A DNA stretch of 49,671 nucleotides from positions 17,746-67,416 of the forward strand of contig MFCA01000028.1 of NCBI GenBank assembly GCA_001775095.1, written 5' to 3'. Shown here piece by piece: positions 1 through 9,026 of the stretch. The stretch comes from Candidatus Curtissbacteria bacterium RIFOXYA1_FULL_41_14 (lineage in GTDB: Bacteria; Patescibacteriota; Microgenomatia; Curtissbacterales; GWA2-41-24). Position 1 is the first letter of the stretch, and every line of letters starts with the position of its first letter. The notes under the pieces are model-generated. The model had not been told where the DNA came from. It did not search any database and saw only the letters and a program-made list of their open reading frames with translations. The position numbers and the translations under genes are program-made.

Positions 1-387
1 GTCAATATTTGTGAGAGTCACCAGAGAACAAAGATGCGTGCGGATGGAACTCCCATAATAAGTGGTACTGCTCTTGCCTTTAAGGCACAATTTGAGAAAT
101 ATGGTGCGGCGGTTGAACAAATTGAAAGTATTCGAGACCCAGAACTACAGAGGTCATTAGGAATTCCCGAAGAGTATCTTGAAGGACATGGCTATCACTG
201 GGTTGAGGTACGTGGAGAAGACGGTCATGTGATTATGGCTTTTACCTTAATGGTTCATGGGCGATCATCTTATGTAGAAGGAGCACTTATGGACGTTGAA
301 TTCTTGGATGAGCAACGAAGGGCTGACGTAAGAGGTAGAGTATTTTCACAGGCTGATGTTTTAAGAAATTTAGGGAGGGTAGCATGA
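1..387 (+). CDS. dapB: 4-hydroxy-tetrahydrodipicolinate reductase, C-terminal part (5' truncated by window)
   Basis: Frame open from base 1: ESHQ..K...SGTA, IRDP..Q..LGIPEEYL.GHGYH, GRSSYVEG; overlaps dapA start (ATGA). Confidence 0.8.
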   Translation, partial: VNICESHQRTKMRADGTPIISGTALAFKAQFEKYGAAVEQIESIRDPELQRSLGIPEEYLEGHGYHWVEVRGEDGHVIMAFTLMVHGRSSYVEGALMDVEFLDEQRRADVRGRVFSQADVLRNLGRVA

Positions 388-1334
388 AAGAAGCGGAACA
401 ATTTGGAAGATTAATTACGGCAATGGTGTCTTCTTTCGATGAAGATGGTCAGGTAAGTGTTGAAAGAACTAGACTACTCGCCGAACATCTCGCAGATACA
501 GGCAGTGAAAGCATCGTAGTTTCTGGGACAACTGGGGAATCGCCAACACTTACCGAGCGAGAAAGAATGATCCTTTTAAAAACTGTCCTCCATACAGTTG
601 GTGATCGTGTAAAGGTAATAGCTGGAACGAGCGAGCCTGATACAGCAGAAAGTGTGCATCTTTCGAAATTGGCACAAACAGAGGGTGCACATGGTTTATT
701 ATTGGTAACACCACATTATAATAAACCATCACAGAGAGGACTAATTAGGCATTTTAGTTTAATTGTCGAAGCCGTTACTACTCCCTGTATTCTTTATAAT
801 GTTCCTTCAAGAACCGCCGTGAATATGAGTCCTGACACGGTTTTAAAGTTAGCTGGCGATTTTGAGAATATTGTCGGTCTTAAAGAAGCTGTCGGGGTTT
901 CGACTGAACAGGGACGAAGCCAAGTGGCTTTACTTTTTGAGGGTATACCTTCCGGATTTAAAATATGGAGTGGTAATGATCAAGACACTCTACAAATTTT
1001 AAGAATGGGTGGTCATGGTGTGGTTTCTGTGGCTAGTCATTTGGTTGGGGATTTAATTACCAGAATGATTAATCATCACGTAGTCGGTGAGGGAGATCAG
1101 GCTCAACAATTACATGATCATTTAATGCCACTTTTTGAAGCACTATTTCCACCAACATCACCAGAGCCATCGCCATCGGCAATTAAGGCTATGCTCAATC
1201 TTCGTGGAATTCCTGTTGGTACTTTGCGACCACCGGTTTTGGATATCCTAGATGAATACCCAAATTATAGAGATAGACTTCAAGTATTACTTGCTAACTA
1301 CAATCTATTACCGCAAGGAGGTGACGTAAGATGA
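384..1334 (+). CDS. dapA: 4-hydroxy-tetrahydrodipicolinate synthase
   Basis: GTTGES, TPHYNKPSQ, LYNVPSRT, GLKEA motifs. Confidence 0.93.
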   Translation: MKEAEQFGRLITAMVSSFDEDGQVSVERTRLLAEHLADTGSESIVVSGTTGESPTLTERERMILLKTVLHTVGDRVKVIAGTSEPDTAESVHLSKLAQTEGAHGLLLVTPHYNKPSQRGLIRHFSLIVEAVTTPCILYNVPSRTAVNMSPDTVLKLAGDFENIVGLKEAVGVSTEQGRSQVALLFEGIPSGFKIWSGNDQDTLQILRMGGHGVVSVASHLVGDLITRMINHHVVGEGDQAQQLHDHLMPLFEALFPPTSPEPSPSAIKAMLNLRGIPVGTLRPPVLDILDEYPNYRDRLQVLLANYNLLPQGGDVR

Positions 1335-1391
1335 GTGCAGATTTTACAAGGGGACCTTAGAGATAGTGTTTGCCAAAACATTCTTTGCCAT

Positions 1392-1429
1392 ACAGGTTGT
1401 TTCCCGGGATTTGGGACAACCTGTTTTTT
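1392..1429 (+). terminator. intrinsic terminator
   Basis: ACAGGTTGTTTCC/GGGACAACCTGT stem followed by T run. Confidence 0.7.
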
Positions 1430-1442
1430 ATAGCTAAAGAAT

Positions 1443-1512
1443 TGTCATCGCGAGTCGAGTTTTACTCGACGTGGCGATCTAAAAAGATTGCTTCGCTACG
1501 CTCGCAATGACA
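1443..1512 (-). repeat. RPE/REP-like double-hairpin element (TGTCAT...ATGACA ends)
   Basis: Reverse complement nearly identical to 41541-41606. Confidence 0.85.
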
Positions 1513-1588
1513 GACTTTTTGACGATTTCTGGACGGCTTTAGTCTTTAGTCGTTTAGCTTTCAGCGATCTCCGTGATATATTTAGAGT

Positions 1589-2119
1589 ATGGTAGCTAAA
1601 TCTATAGTTAAGCTAATCGATGAGGCAATTGTTCCTGCCGTTGCCCTAATTGCCGGTAAAATGTTGGGTGTTTTACTCTCAATTTATTTTTTGGATCTAT
1701 CCTTCACAGTTAGGAGCGAGACCCTCTGGATTTTGCCTTCCATTCATTTCGCGGATTTAGCAGGTTATGCCAAAGTTGAAAATTTTTCAAATTTGGCGAT
1801 GTTTACGGTGGCTGCCGCTGGTACTATTCTTGTTTTGGTACGTGCCCATTTCTTTCATGAAAGCCATATTCACCCCAGGCTTCATGCGAAATTGGCCTCT
1901 TTAAACCTGGAAAGCTTAATCGCGCCGAGTTATCATTTATACCACCAGGCTGCAATCTGGTTGATCTTTTTGTGGCTTTCTGTTGGTTTTTTGGTGATTT
2001 CGACGCTTTTTAGCGTAACTTATGGGCAAATTGCCATTGTTGCCTTTGTAGTGGCAGCCAATTTTTCCTGGCTTTTTGCAATTGATATTGAGAAGGAAGT
2101 GGAAATAGCAAGAAGCTAG
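1589..2119 (+). CDS. hypothetical integral membrane protein (~4 TM)
   Basis: 176 aa ORF with hydrophobic segments. Confidence 0.8.
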   Translation: MVAKSIVKLIDEAIVPAVALIAGKMLGVLLSIYFLDLSFTVRSETLWILPSIHFADLAGYAKVENFSNLAMFTVAAAGTILVLVRAHFFHESHIHPRLHAKLASLNLESLIAPSYHLYHQAAIWLIFLWLSVGFLVISTLFSVTYGQIAIVAFVVAANFSWLFAIDIEKEVEIARS

Positions 2120-2268
2120 GAAAAATTAACCTAATTGATCTAATTGATCTAATTTCTAAATAATGACTAAAATTGGGAAATTGAGAAATTGGGATTTGAT
2201 TAAAAATACGAGAGCGTATTTTCGATAAAATCGAAAAGTAGAATAATTAGAGCAATTAGAAATTTATT

Positions 2269-2715
2269 ATGAATTATCACTTATTCAAAATAACCCTTAA
2301 TTTTTTAGCTGTTGTGTTACTAATTAGCCTGATTGCTACCCCTTTCCTTTTTGCTCGGAACTTCGCAAAAGTTGCCGGTGTTAAAAGCGAGAGTCGGTTT
2401 TTGGTGGTTTCCCAAGTTGAAAAATTCCCGGGGATGGAATTTTTTCAAGAGGCTGATCACTATCAAATCTCCTTTACTAAACTGGGCCCAAGTCAGGCAT
2501 TTTTGGGGGTTTTGATTATCAATAATCCGACCAATCGGACTCAGTCTTACAGTCTAGCAGTGACTTCTGGTCAAACCCGAGTTTTTTTTGGTGAAGACCT
2601 TGACAATCCTTTAACTCAAATTTCCATTCCAAGTTCCGCCTCAGTCCCCATGAGTATATATTCGTCTCAGGAGACCTTAGGTGAAAGCCAGATAGTTGAA
2701 TTTACAATTAATTGA
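2269..2715 (+). CDS. membrane-anchored hypothetical protein
   Basis: N-terminal TM, AKVAGV motif, beta-rich remainder. Confidence 0.75.
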   Translation: MNYHLFKITLNFLAVVLLISLIATPFLFARNFAKVAGVKSESRFLVVSQVEKFPGMEFFQEADHYQISFTKLGPSQAFLGVLIINNPTNRTQSYSLAVTSGQTRVFFGEDLDNPLTQISIPSSASVPMSIYSSQETLGESQIVEFTIN

Positions 2716-2716
2716 G

Positions 2717-3727
2717 TTACTGCAGTAGCCTAACAAATCTTGCCGGTAAAAAATCACTGCCGTAAATTACAAAAAAGACCAGGATTGTCCAGACTAAAAC
2801 AGAGACTAGGAGTGGGATATCGGATAGAAGAACCCTCTCCGGTGACTCCCCCTCTTTTTTCTCATGGATAACATAGAGATAGCGCATGACCCCATAGATA
2901 ACGAATGGAACGGTGAGCATTAGCCATTTGGAGGCCAGGAAGGTTCTTGGTAAAAAGTCACCGAATAAAACTAACACTTGCGGTCCGGCTGTTGGCGGCG
3001 GTTGCAGAAAAGTAAACATTGTATAAGCAAACCAGGTGGCTGTGGCAAACATTACGGTTAATGAATCAAGTAGGGATTCTGGGTAGTGCACCAGTATTGA
3101 GCGTGTTTGAATACTTTTTGTCTTTGGCCCTGAAAGTAATGTTCTTTCCGATCTTCTTTTTCCGATCGCCAAAAACAAAGCCAGGGAGGCAACTGTTAAG
3201 ATAAACCAGATAGTCACATGGGCGTCGATTAGAACCGCTCCCGCATAGATTCGAAGTAAAAATCCCGATGCAATGGCCATTACATCTAAAAGAATTATTG
3301 ATCTCAAAAATAGTGAGTAGATAATTTGCAAAATAGCGTAAGAAACAGCTGCAAAAGTAAAAAATGTGGAGATTTGATAGGAAGCAATAAATGCTACGGC
3401 CAAAAGGACTAGAGCAAAGACTAAGGCGAGTATAGGATTAATTCTGCCGGCGGCAATTGGCCGTTTGCTTTTAAATGGATGATGTTTGTCTTTTTCAAGA
3501 TCAATAATGTCATTGATAATATAAATTCCTGAAGTAACTACGCAGAAAATTGCGAAACCTAAGGTGGTTAAAAGAAACTTATCTATATTGAAAAACTCGC
3601 CTTCAAAAACTAAGGTGGCATAAATAGCCAGATTTTTAAGCCATTGTCTGGGGCGGGATGAAACGAGGAGCCAAAACGGCACCCAGATTATCCGCGGGCC
3701 TTTGTCGACAAACCGATATTGAGCCAA
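2717..3727 (-). CDS. UbiA-family prenyltransferase (decaprenyl-phosphate phosphoribosyltransferase-like)
   Basis: RPRQWLKN, YIINDIIDLEKD..HP.K..RPIAAG; likely start TTG at 3727 after GGAGG, not 3832. Confidence 0.88.
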   Translation of the reverse strand: MAQYRFVDKGPRIIWVPFWLLVSSRPRQWLKNLAIYATLVFEGEFFNIDKFLLTTLGFAIFCVVTSGIYIINDIIDLEKDKHHPFKSKRPIAAGRINPILALVFALVLLAVAFIASYQISTFFTFAAVSYAILQIIYSLFLRSIILLDVMAIASGFLLRIYAGAVLIDAHVTIWFILTVASLALFLAIGKRRSERTLLSGPKTKSIQTRSILVHYPESLLDSLTVMFATATWFAYTMFTFLQPPPTAGPQVLVLFGDFLPRTFLASKWLMLTVPFVIYGVMRYLYVIHEKKEGESPERVLLSDIPLLVSVLVWTILVFFVIYGSDFLPARFVRLLQ

Positions 3728-4779
3728 AGTAATCCTCCGATAACAATAACTGCCACTACCGCTCCTGCGAATAACTTTTCTTCCGAAGGTAAAAGCAGCG
3801 CAACCGCACCCAAAATAGCACACAAAAGCCAATAAAACAAGGCAATCCGCCTCTGCCCCCAGCCGAGTCCTAAAAGCAGATGCTGGAGATGGTTACGATC
3901 ATCGGAAAAAGGTGACTTACCTATTGCCAGTCTTCTAAAGATTGTAAAAACACCGTCAACAAGAGGAATTGTCATAACTAAAATAGCTGCACCTACTTTA
4001 GCTCCCGAAAGGATCGCTACTACCGCGATTAAAAATCCCAAAAAGTATGAGGCGGAATCTCCGGGGAAAATTTTTGCCGGATAGAAATTGTAGATCAAAA
4101 AGCCAAAGGTCGCCCCTGCTCCAATTAAAGCCAGTTTGGCAACGACCAGTTGACTGGGATCAACCGCAAATCTTAAACTTGCCGCAAAAAGTACAAATAG
4201 AGTGACTAAAACTATTCCAGGCATCTGACCGTCCACTCCGCTTGAGAAATTGACCATGTTTATCACCCAGACAATCCAAAAGAGGGCAAAAAGATCGGCC
4301 AAAATTAGAATTGAATGTTCTCCCAAAAAATTAAATGGGATTCGCCAGACATCAAGTCTTAGCACTTCTTCGGTCCAAAAACTTCCGGATCCAAAAATAT
4401 GAAGGGGATTGGTAATAAAGCTGATGCCGACCCCAAAACCAATAGCTACGCCGGCTGCCAGGATTTGGCCTGCCAGTTTCCACCAGTTATTAAGATCAAT
4501 CTTGTCATCAACTAAACCGATTATTACTAAAATTAATCCTCCCAAAAAAATACCCGAAATTGCTTTTGTGATTCCTATTGTTAAAAGCGCTGCGACTGCA
4601 AAGGCAAGAAAAATCGGTACGCCTCCTGCTCTGGGAATAATTTTTTTATGCAAAATCGCCGGATGTTTGTGCTTTTTCGGGTTATCAACAAAACTGTATT
4701 TCTTTGCATAGAAAATGGTAATGGGTGTTGCGATAAGACTTATCCCTAATGCTAATAAAAAGGGTATGATGAAGCTCAT
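3688..4779 (-). CDS. MraY/WecA-family (GT4) polyprenyl-phosphate GlcNAc-1-P transferase
   Basis: PRAGG, GLVDD, NMVNFSSGVDG, NFYPAKIFPGD, DRNHLQH. Confidence 0.9.
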   Translation of the reverse strand: MSFIIPFLLALGISLIATPITIFYAKKYSFVDNPKKHKHPAILHKKIIPRAGGVPIFLAFAVAALLTIGITKAISGIFLGGLILVIIGLVDDKIDLNNWWKLAGQILAAGVAIGFGVGISFITNPLHIFGSGSFWTEEVLRLDVWRIPFNFLGEHSILILADLFALFWIVWVINMVNFSSGVDGQMPGIVLVTLFVLFAASLRFAVDPSQLVVAKLALIGAGATFGFLIYNFYPAKIFPGDSASYFLGFLIAVVAILSGAKVGAAILVMTIPLVDGVFTIFRRLAIGKSPFSDDRNHLQHLLLGLGWGQRRIALFYWLLCAILGAVALLLPSEEKLFAGAVVAVIVIGGLLWLNIGLSTKARG

Positions 4780-5147
4780 ATTAATAAAGAGATAATTTTG
4801 GCACTGTCGTAAAGCGTTGCAAATGCTACCAGAGCGCTGAATATTACCAGGACCATAGTTAGGAAATAATATTTACCAACTATGAAAATCGCAACTAAAA
4901 AGTTGACAAGTGTAAATAGAATAGTGATAGATGGCAAAATCCATAGAAAGAGGGGTGAAGCAAGTTGCATTTCACCCCAAGGTCTTGAGTAAAAAAATGG
5001 TATTTCGGGAGGAAGTTTCCCCCATGAAACTAAAATTAATGAGATTTGTCCAAGAATCGAAATGCAGGTGAAGATTAAGAGCGAGAACAAAAGACGATCG
5101 GATGCCAAACTCTTTTCGGTTTTATTTTGGAGCTTGATAAAAGCCAT
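4776..5147 (-). CDS. small membrane protein (DUF1648-like)
   Basis: LPPEIPFFYSRPWGE..LA between TM helices. Confidence 0.7.
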   Translation of the reverse strand: MAFIKLQNKTEKSLASDRLLFSLLIFTCISILGQISLILVSWGKLPPEIPFFYSRPWGEMQLASPLFLWILPSITILFTLVNFLVAIFIVGKYYFLTMVLVIFSALVAFATLYDSAKIISLLI

Positions 5148-5158
5148 GATTTTCTCAC

Positions 5159-6613
5159 TTACCTTTTCTCAAAAACATCGCTGTTTTCGATTTTACCCAC
5201 AAGATGATAATTTTCGGATAGAAGTTTCTCGAACTGTGCAAAATATCCAATTGACTGAGGGGGTTTGATAATATAGACAGGCAAATTATGCTCTAGTGCG
5301 CTGGCAACCTCTTCTCTACCTGTTGGTACACCGAAAACATGAAATGAAGTCACATATCTTGTGGGATTCTGTAGATGGGCAATAGCATAGAGCCAAGGGT
5401 AGTCACCCCAAATATAGACATTTTTATCAAATGCCTCCTTGCTTCTGAGGAAATCGGCAAGACCCATGATTGAATTAACATTTGTGTCGAAGAAGTCATT
5501 ATAGGAGTTGATACTCTTTTTCCCAGAGGAGAACTCGTAAAAATTCTGCCAATATTTAACCTGGTTTATTGGACCGCCGGAAAGAAAATCAGTAAAAAGT
5601 AATTTTGTTAAAAATATCAAAGGGATGAAAAATAGAGAAGCGAAAATAATTTGGGCTTTGGCAAACTTAATCTTTGATGAGACTGAGGCCAGTAGTAAAG
5701 ATAACGGAGGTATTGCCTGCACTAAATAATGGCCGTATGTTCTTCCCGAAAAGTAGCTTCCCAAAAAAGAGAAGGCTATCCAAAGTAATATAAGATGGGA
5801 GATATCAACGGTATTCTGTCTTTTTTTGTAAAAGCCGTAGATAATTACCGAAATAATCGGTAGGAATTTGAGAAGATTAATAAGGAGTGCATATTTAGGA
5901 CTTTCACCTAGGTAAATCCGGTAGTAAGTATAGGCTGCAAAAATATAATCGGCTAAAAGATTTTTAGACGCAAAGTAACCGACAGTTAATGCGTACGGAA
6001 GAACAAAACCAAGGCTAAGAACCAGCCCTTTTTTAATAAACTCACTGAGGTTTTTGCTCATCAAGAAAAGGAAAATGCCCAGAGCTACAGCTTCAAATGC
6101 TCCTACTTGTTTATAAAGTGAGGCTATGGCAAAAAGAATACCGGCTACAAAAAGTGATAAGGTGTCAAATTTGCGAAAAATAGCCATCATCATTGCCAAG
6201 GAAACTGGCAGAATCATAAAGATTTCCGTTAAAGCCAAGTTGCCCTCGACGATCCTCAAGGAGGTCAGAAAGCCAAAGATGAGTGTGGCAAAAAGTGCCC
6301 TATTTTCTCCCAATAGTTTTTTGGCAATTTCGTAGATCACTACTGCTGTTGTTAAAACTACTGCCAGTGTTACCAGTCTTAGTGAAAACATGGAAGTGCC
6401 AAGCGTTTTGAAGATGGCGGCATAAGTTAAATAGATCATTGGCGGTTTATTGTCCCAGGCTGTCTGATAAAGTACGCCATCCTGATTTAGATTATTGGCA
6501 ACCGCTGCAAAAATTCCTTCGTCACCATACCAGAAAGGCTCAAATAGGGAGGGGAGACGAAAGAGGAAGATGGCGAATAAAATTAGCGATAAGACTACAA
6601 AATGTATTTTCAT
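5159..6613 (-). CDS. GT-C (ArnT/PMT-like) glycosyltransferase
   Basis: WYGDEG, WDNKPP, multi-TM. Confidence 0.85.
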   Translation of the reverse strand: MKIHFVVLSLILFAIFLFRLPSLFEPFWYGDEGIFAAVANNLNQDGVLYQTAWDNKPPMIYLTYAAIFKTLGTSMFSLRLVTLAVVLTTAVVIYEIAKKLLGENRALFATLIFGFLTSLRIVEGNLALTEIFMILPVSLAMMMAIFRKFDTLSLFVAGILFAIASLYKQVGAFEAVALGIFLFLMSKNLSEFIKKGLVLSLGFVLPYALTVGYFASKNLLADYIFAAYTYYRIYLGESPKYALLINLLKFLPIISVIIYGFYKKRQNTVDISHLILLWIAFSFLGSYFSGRTYGHYLVQAIPPLSLLLASVSSKIKFAKAQIIFASLFFIPLIFLTKLLFTDFLSGGPINQVKYWQNFYEFSSGKKSINSYNDFFDTNVNSIMGLADFLRSKEAFDKNVYIWGDYPWLYAIAHLQNPTRYVTSFHVFGVPTGREEVASALEHNLPVYIIKPPQSIGYFAQFEKLLSENYHLVGKIENSDVFEKR

Positions 6614-6616
6614 TTT

Positions 6617-6768
6617 TGAGAAATTCTAAATTCTAATTTCTAAATCCTAAACAAATCCAAATGATCAAAATACAAAATTCAAAACAATTTTTAAATAAAT
6701 TTATCTTTTTTGAACATTTGATTTTTGAAATTATTTAGAATTTAGAGTTTAGTGTTTAGAATTTATTT
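6617..6768. repeat. AT-rich degenerate heptamer inverted-repeat tract
   Basis: (TTCTAAA)n...(TTTAGAA)n arms; homologous to 35890-36018. Confidence 0.75.
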
Positions 6769-6881
6769 AGTAATTAGGTCAATATCAGCATTCGCCTTCG
6801 GCGAATCTGATATATCAGTAAACTTCATTAGATTTTTAATATTAATTACAATAATTGAAGTTTAGCTGATATTAGGTTAAT

Positions 6882-8195
6882 TTATTCCGTCCTTTGGACG
6901 GAAGGTCCTGGTCTGAGTTCAAAATAGCCCTTATTAGGCGCTTGATCGATTATTACCATTCCATTGTTAACATAAGCATCAAGTAAGCTTTTACCGGAAA
7001 ATTGGACTAAACCTTCAGGCAGAACTATCAAATCGTTTTTGAGACCAAAGCGATTCCGATAATAGGTAACTTCCGCAAATGAGGGCAGGACTGTCACAAT
7101 TTTATCTTCAGTGGAAATCTTGGGCAATATATCATTCTGGTAGGCCTGGCGAAAGGTGTAGGGATTTCTGACAAAAGTCATTGCGTCAATAATGATACTT
7201 AGAAGTATAACGGCTGTAGTCGAAGTAGCAAACAAATATTTTGGTAGTTTCTCACTAGTGTGAACAATTACCAGGCTCAAAGGGACTGCAGAGCCAATTA
7301 AATATCTCCAGAAAAAAATCGGCCGGAAGGGCAGTTGATGGCCGTCAATTTTGAGTCCGGGCAAGGCCGCCAGGATAAAGGGAACTATAGCCCAAAGCCA
7401 AATTAAAAGATAGGGCTTTTCGAAATGACGGCGAATAATATGTCCAACTATTCCCGAGAGAATAAGGAGAGCCGAGAGACTAAATAAAGCCGGACGGACA
7501 GCAGTTTGTTGCTCACCACCTAAAATTCGCAGGATTGCTTCAAAATGTGTTCTCGTGTCAATAGCCCCAATCCAATAATCGCCTCCGACCGATTTCACTT
7601 GGCTGGCCAAGAAAGGAAGCCATGGTAAATAAAGGAGTGCTATTACCCCACAGAGCCCGGTTACCTTCCAAAAAATTCCCCGATCAAAAAGCAGAAGATA
7701 TAGACCTTGGGCAGCCAGTATAAAAAACATGTAGTAGTGGGTATAAATTCCTAGAGTTGAAAGGACTACGAAGCCGAGGGCGCTGAATTTAGTGAATTTC
7801 TGACTAAGTTTAATTAGAAAGTAAATTGAACCGGTGGCCGCAAAGGCGAACATGGTGTAGTTTCTTGCTTCAAAAGCATAAGTAAAAAAGATTGGATTTA
7901 CGGCAACGACGAGTGTTGACAGTAGTCCAAATAAACGGCCTCGTACGTAAGAAGCTAATTTATATACCAGGAATATTGTCAGTAGATAGAAGATAATTGA
8001 TATCGATCGTGTTACCACTTCTGTCGGTGGTAGAAACTTATAAACAGTTTCGACTATCGAATAATATGCGGGAGGATGAAAGTCGGCGGCTGTTGTTTTG
8101 AGCATCTGGGGGTAGGGAAGTTGAGAGATTAAAGAAGTCCATGCCTCATCGCCCCAAAAGCCGCGAGTTAAATAATTTTGGGAAAGCGAAAACAT
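6882..8195 (-). CDS. GT-C (family 39-like) glycosyltransferase
   Basis: FWGDEA, DFHPPAYY, EARNY, YTHYY; start ATG 8195 or TTG 8213. Confidence 0.85.
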   Translation of the reverse strand: MFSLSQNYLTRGFWGDEAWTSLISQLPYPQMLKTTAADFHPPAYYSIVETVYKFLPPTEVVTRSISIIFYLLTIFLVYKLASYVRGRLFGLLSTLVVAVNPIFFTYAFEARNYTMFAFAATGSIYFLIKLSQKFTKFSALGFVVLSTLGIYTHYYMFFILAAQGLYLLLFDRGIFWKVTGLCGVIALLYLPWLPFLASQVKSVGGDYWIGAIDTRTHFEAILRILGGEQQTAVRPALFSLSALLILSGIVGHIIRRHFEKPYLLIWLWAIVPFILAALPGLKIDGHQLPFRPIFFWRYLIGSAVPLSLVIVHTSEKLPKYLFATSTTAVILLSIIIDAMTFVRNPYTFRQAYQNDILPKISTEDKIVTVLPSFAEVTYYRNRFGLKNDLIVLPEGLVQFSGKSLLDAYVNNGMVIIDQAPNKGYFELRPGPSVQRTE

Positions 8196-8359
8196 CAAGA
8201 CTAAGTATACCAAGTTATTATATGTAAAACTTGGCTGGATTTGTTTTAGCTGGCGATTAAATTAATAAAAGATTTACCCACAATTCATTCGGAAATATTG
8301 TTTTTTCAAATGATTAACACCCTATAGTTTGACTATTTTAGCTTCTGTTTAGTAAAATT

Positions 8360-8635
8360 ATGCTTATGAGTAATCCAGAGTTGCCTAGGCTATACACACC
8401 AGGGGTTGTTGTTAGACGATCGCGTTTAGGAGTGGTAAATCCTGAAACCCCCATTTCTGTCTACAAAGATGCTGCAGGTAACCATGCCCTAGCTGATGGT
8501 AATCACCGATCTTATAAAGCTTGGGTATTAGGCATTGCTGGTCCTGAACGGGTAGTAATAGGTACAATACAGAAGGACGTCTCTCAAGACCCTGATTTCA
8601 GGCCAATATCAGATCTCAGGGTGATTGAAGACTGA
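8360..8635 (+). CDS. small ParB/Srx-like domain protein
   Basis: PISV...LADGNHR motif. Confidence 0.55.
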   Translation: MLMSNPELPRLYTPGVVVRRSRLGVVNPETPISVYKDAAGNHALADGNHRSYKAWVLGIAGPERVVIGTIQKDVSQDPDFRPISDLRVIED

Positions 8636-8778
8636 TTCGAGTACTACTCACCCCATAGTTTAATTGACTTTTATTAGTCGTAAATGTTAAAATCGGTCTT
8701 GTCTTAAATTTGATTGTTTTAAAAAGCTTCTGCTAACTTCTTAGTTCAATCCTTATTTAAGATTTTTTAAAAATAGGC

Positions 8779-8982
8779 ATGGAAACCCCCTGTATTCGTT
8801 GCGGAAAAACCAGAATAGTTAAGCGTAAATGGAAAGAAACCGTCGAACGCGGTGCGCCAATCATCCACGTTGAAACTGTTTGTCCGGATCCCGAGTGTCA
8901 AAAAATAGTCGATGCCCAGTTTGCTGAAATCCGTCAAAAAAGAGAGCTTCAGGAAAGTAGAAAAACAAGCGTTAAGATCTGA
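8779..8982 (+). CDS. small zinc-ribbon hypothetical protein
   Basis: CIRCGK...CPDPEC. Confidence 0.75.
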   Translation: METPCIRCGKTRIVKRKWKETVERGAPIIHVETVCPDPECQKIVDAQFAEIRQKRELQESRKTSVKI

Positions 8983-9026
8983 CTTCCCAAGTAACATTAG
9001 TTTAGCTCTTGTGATATTCTGTGGTT

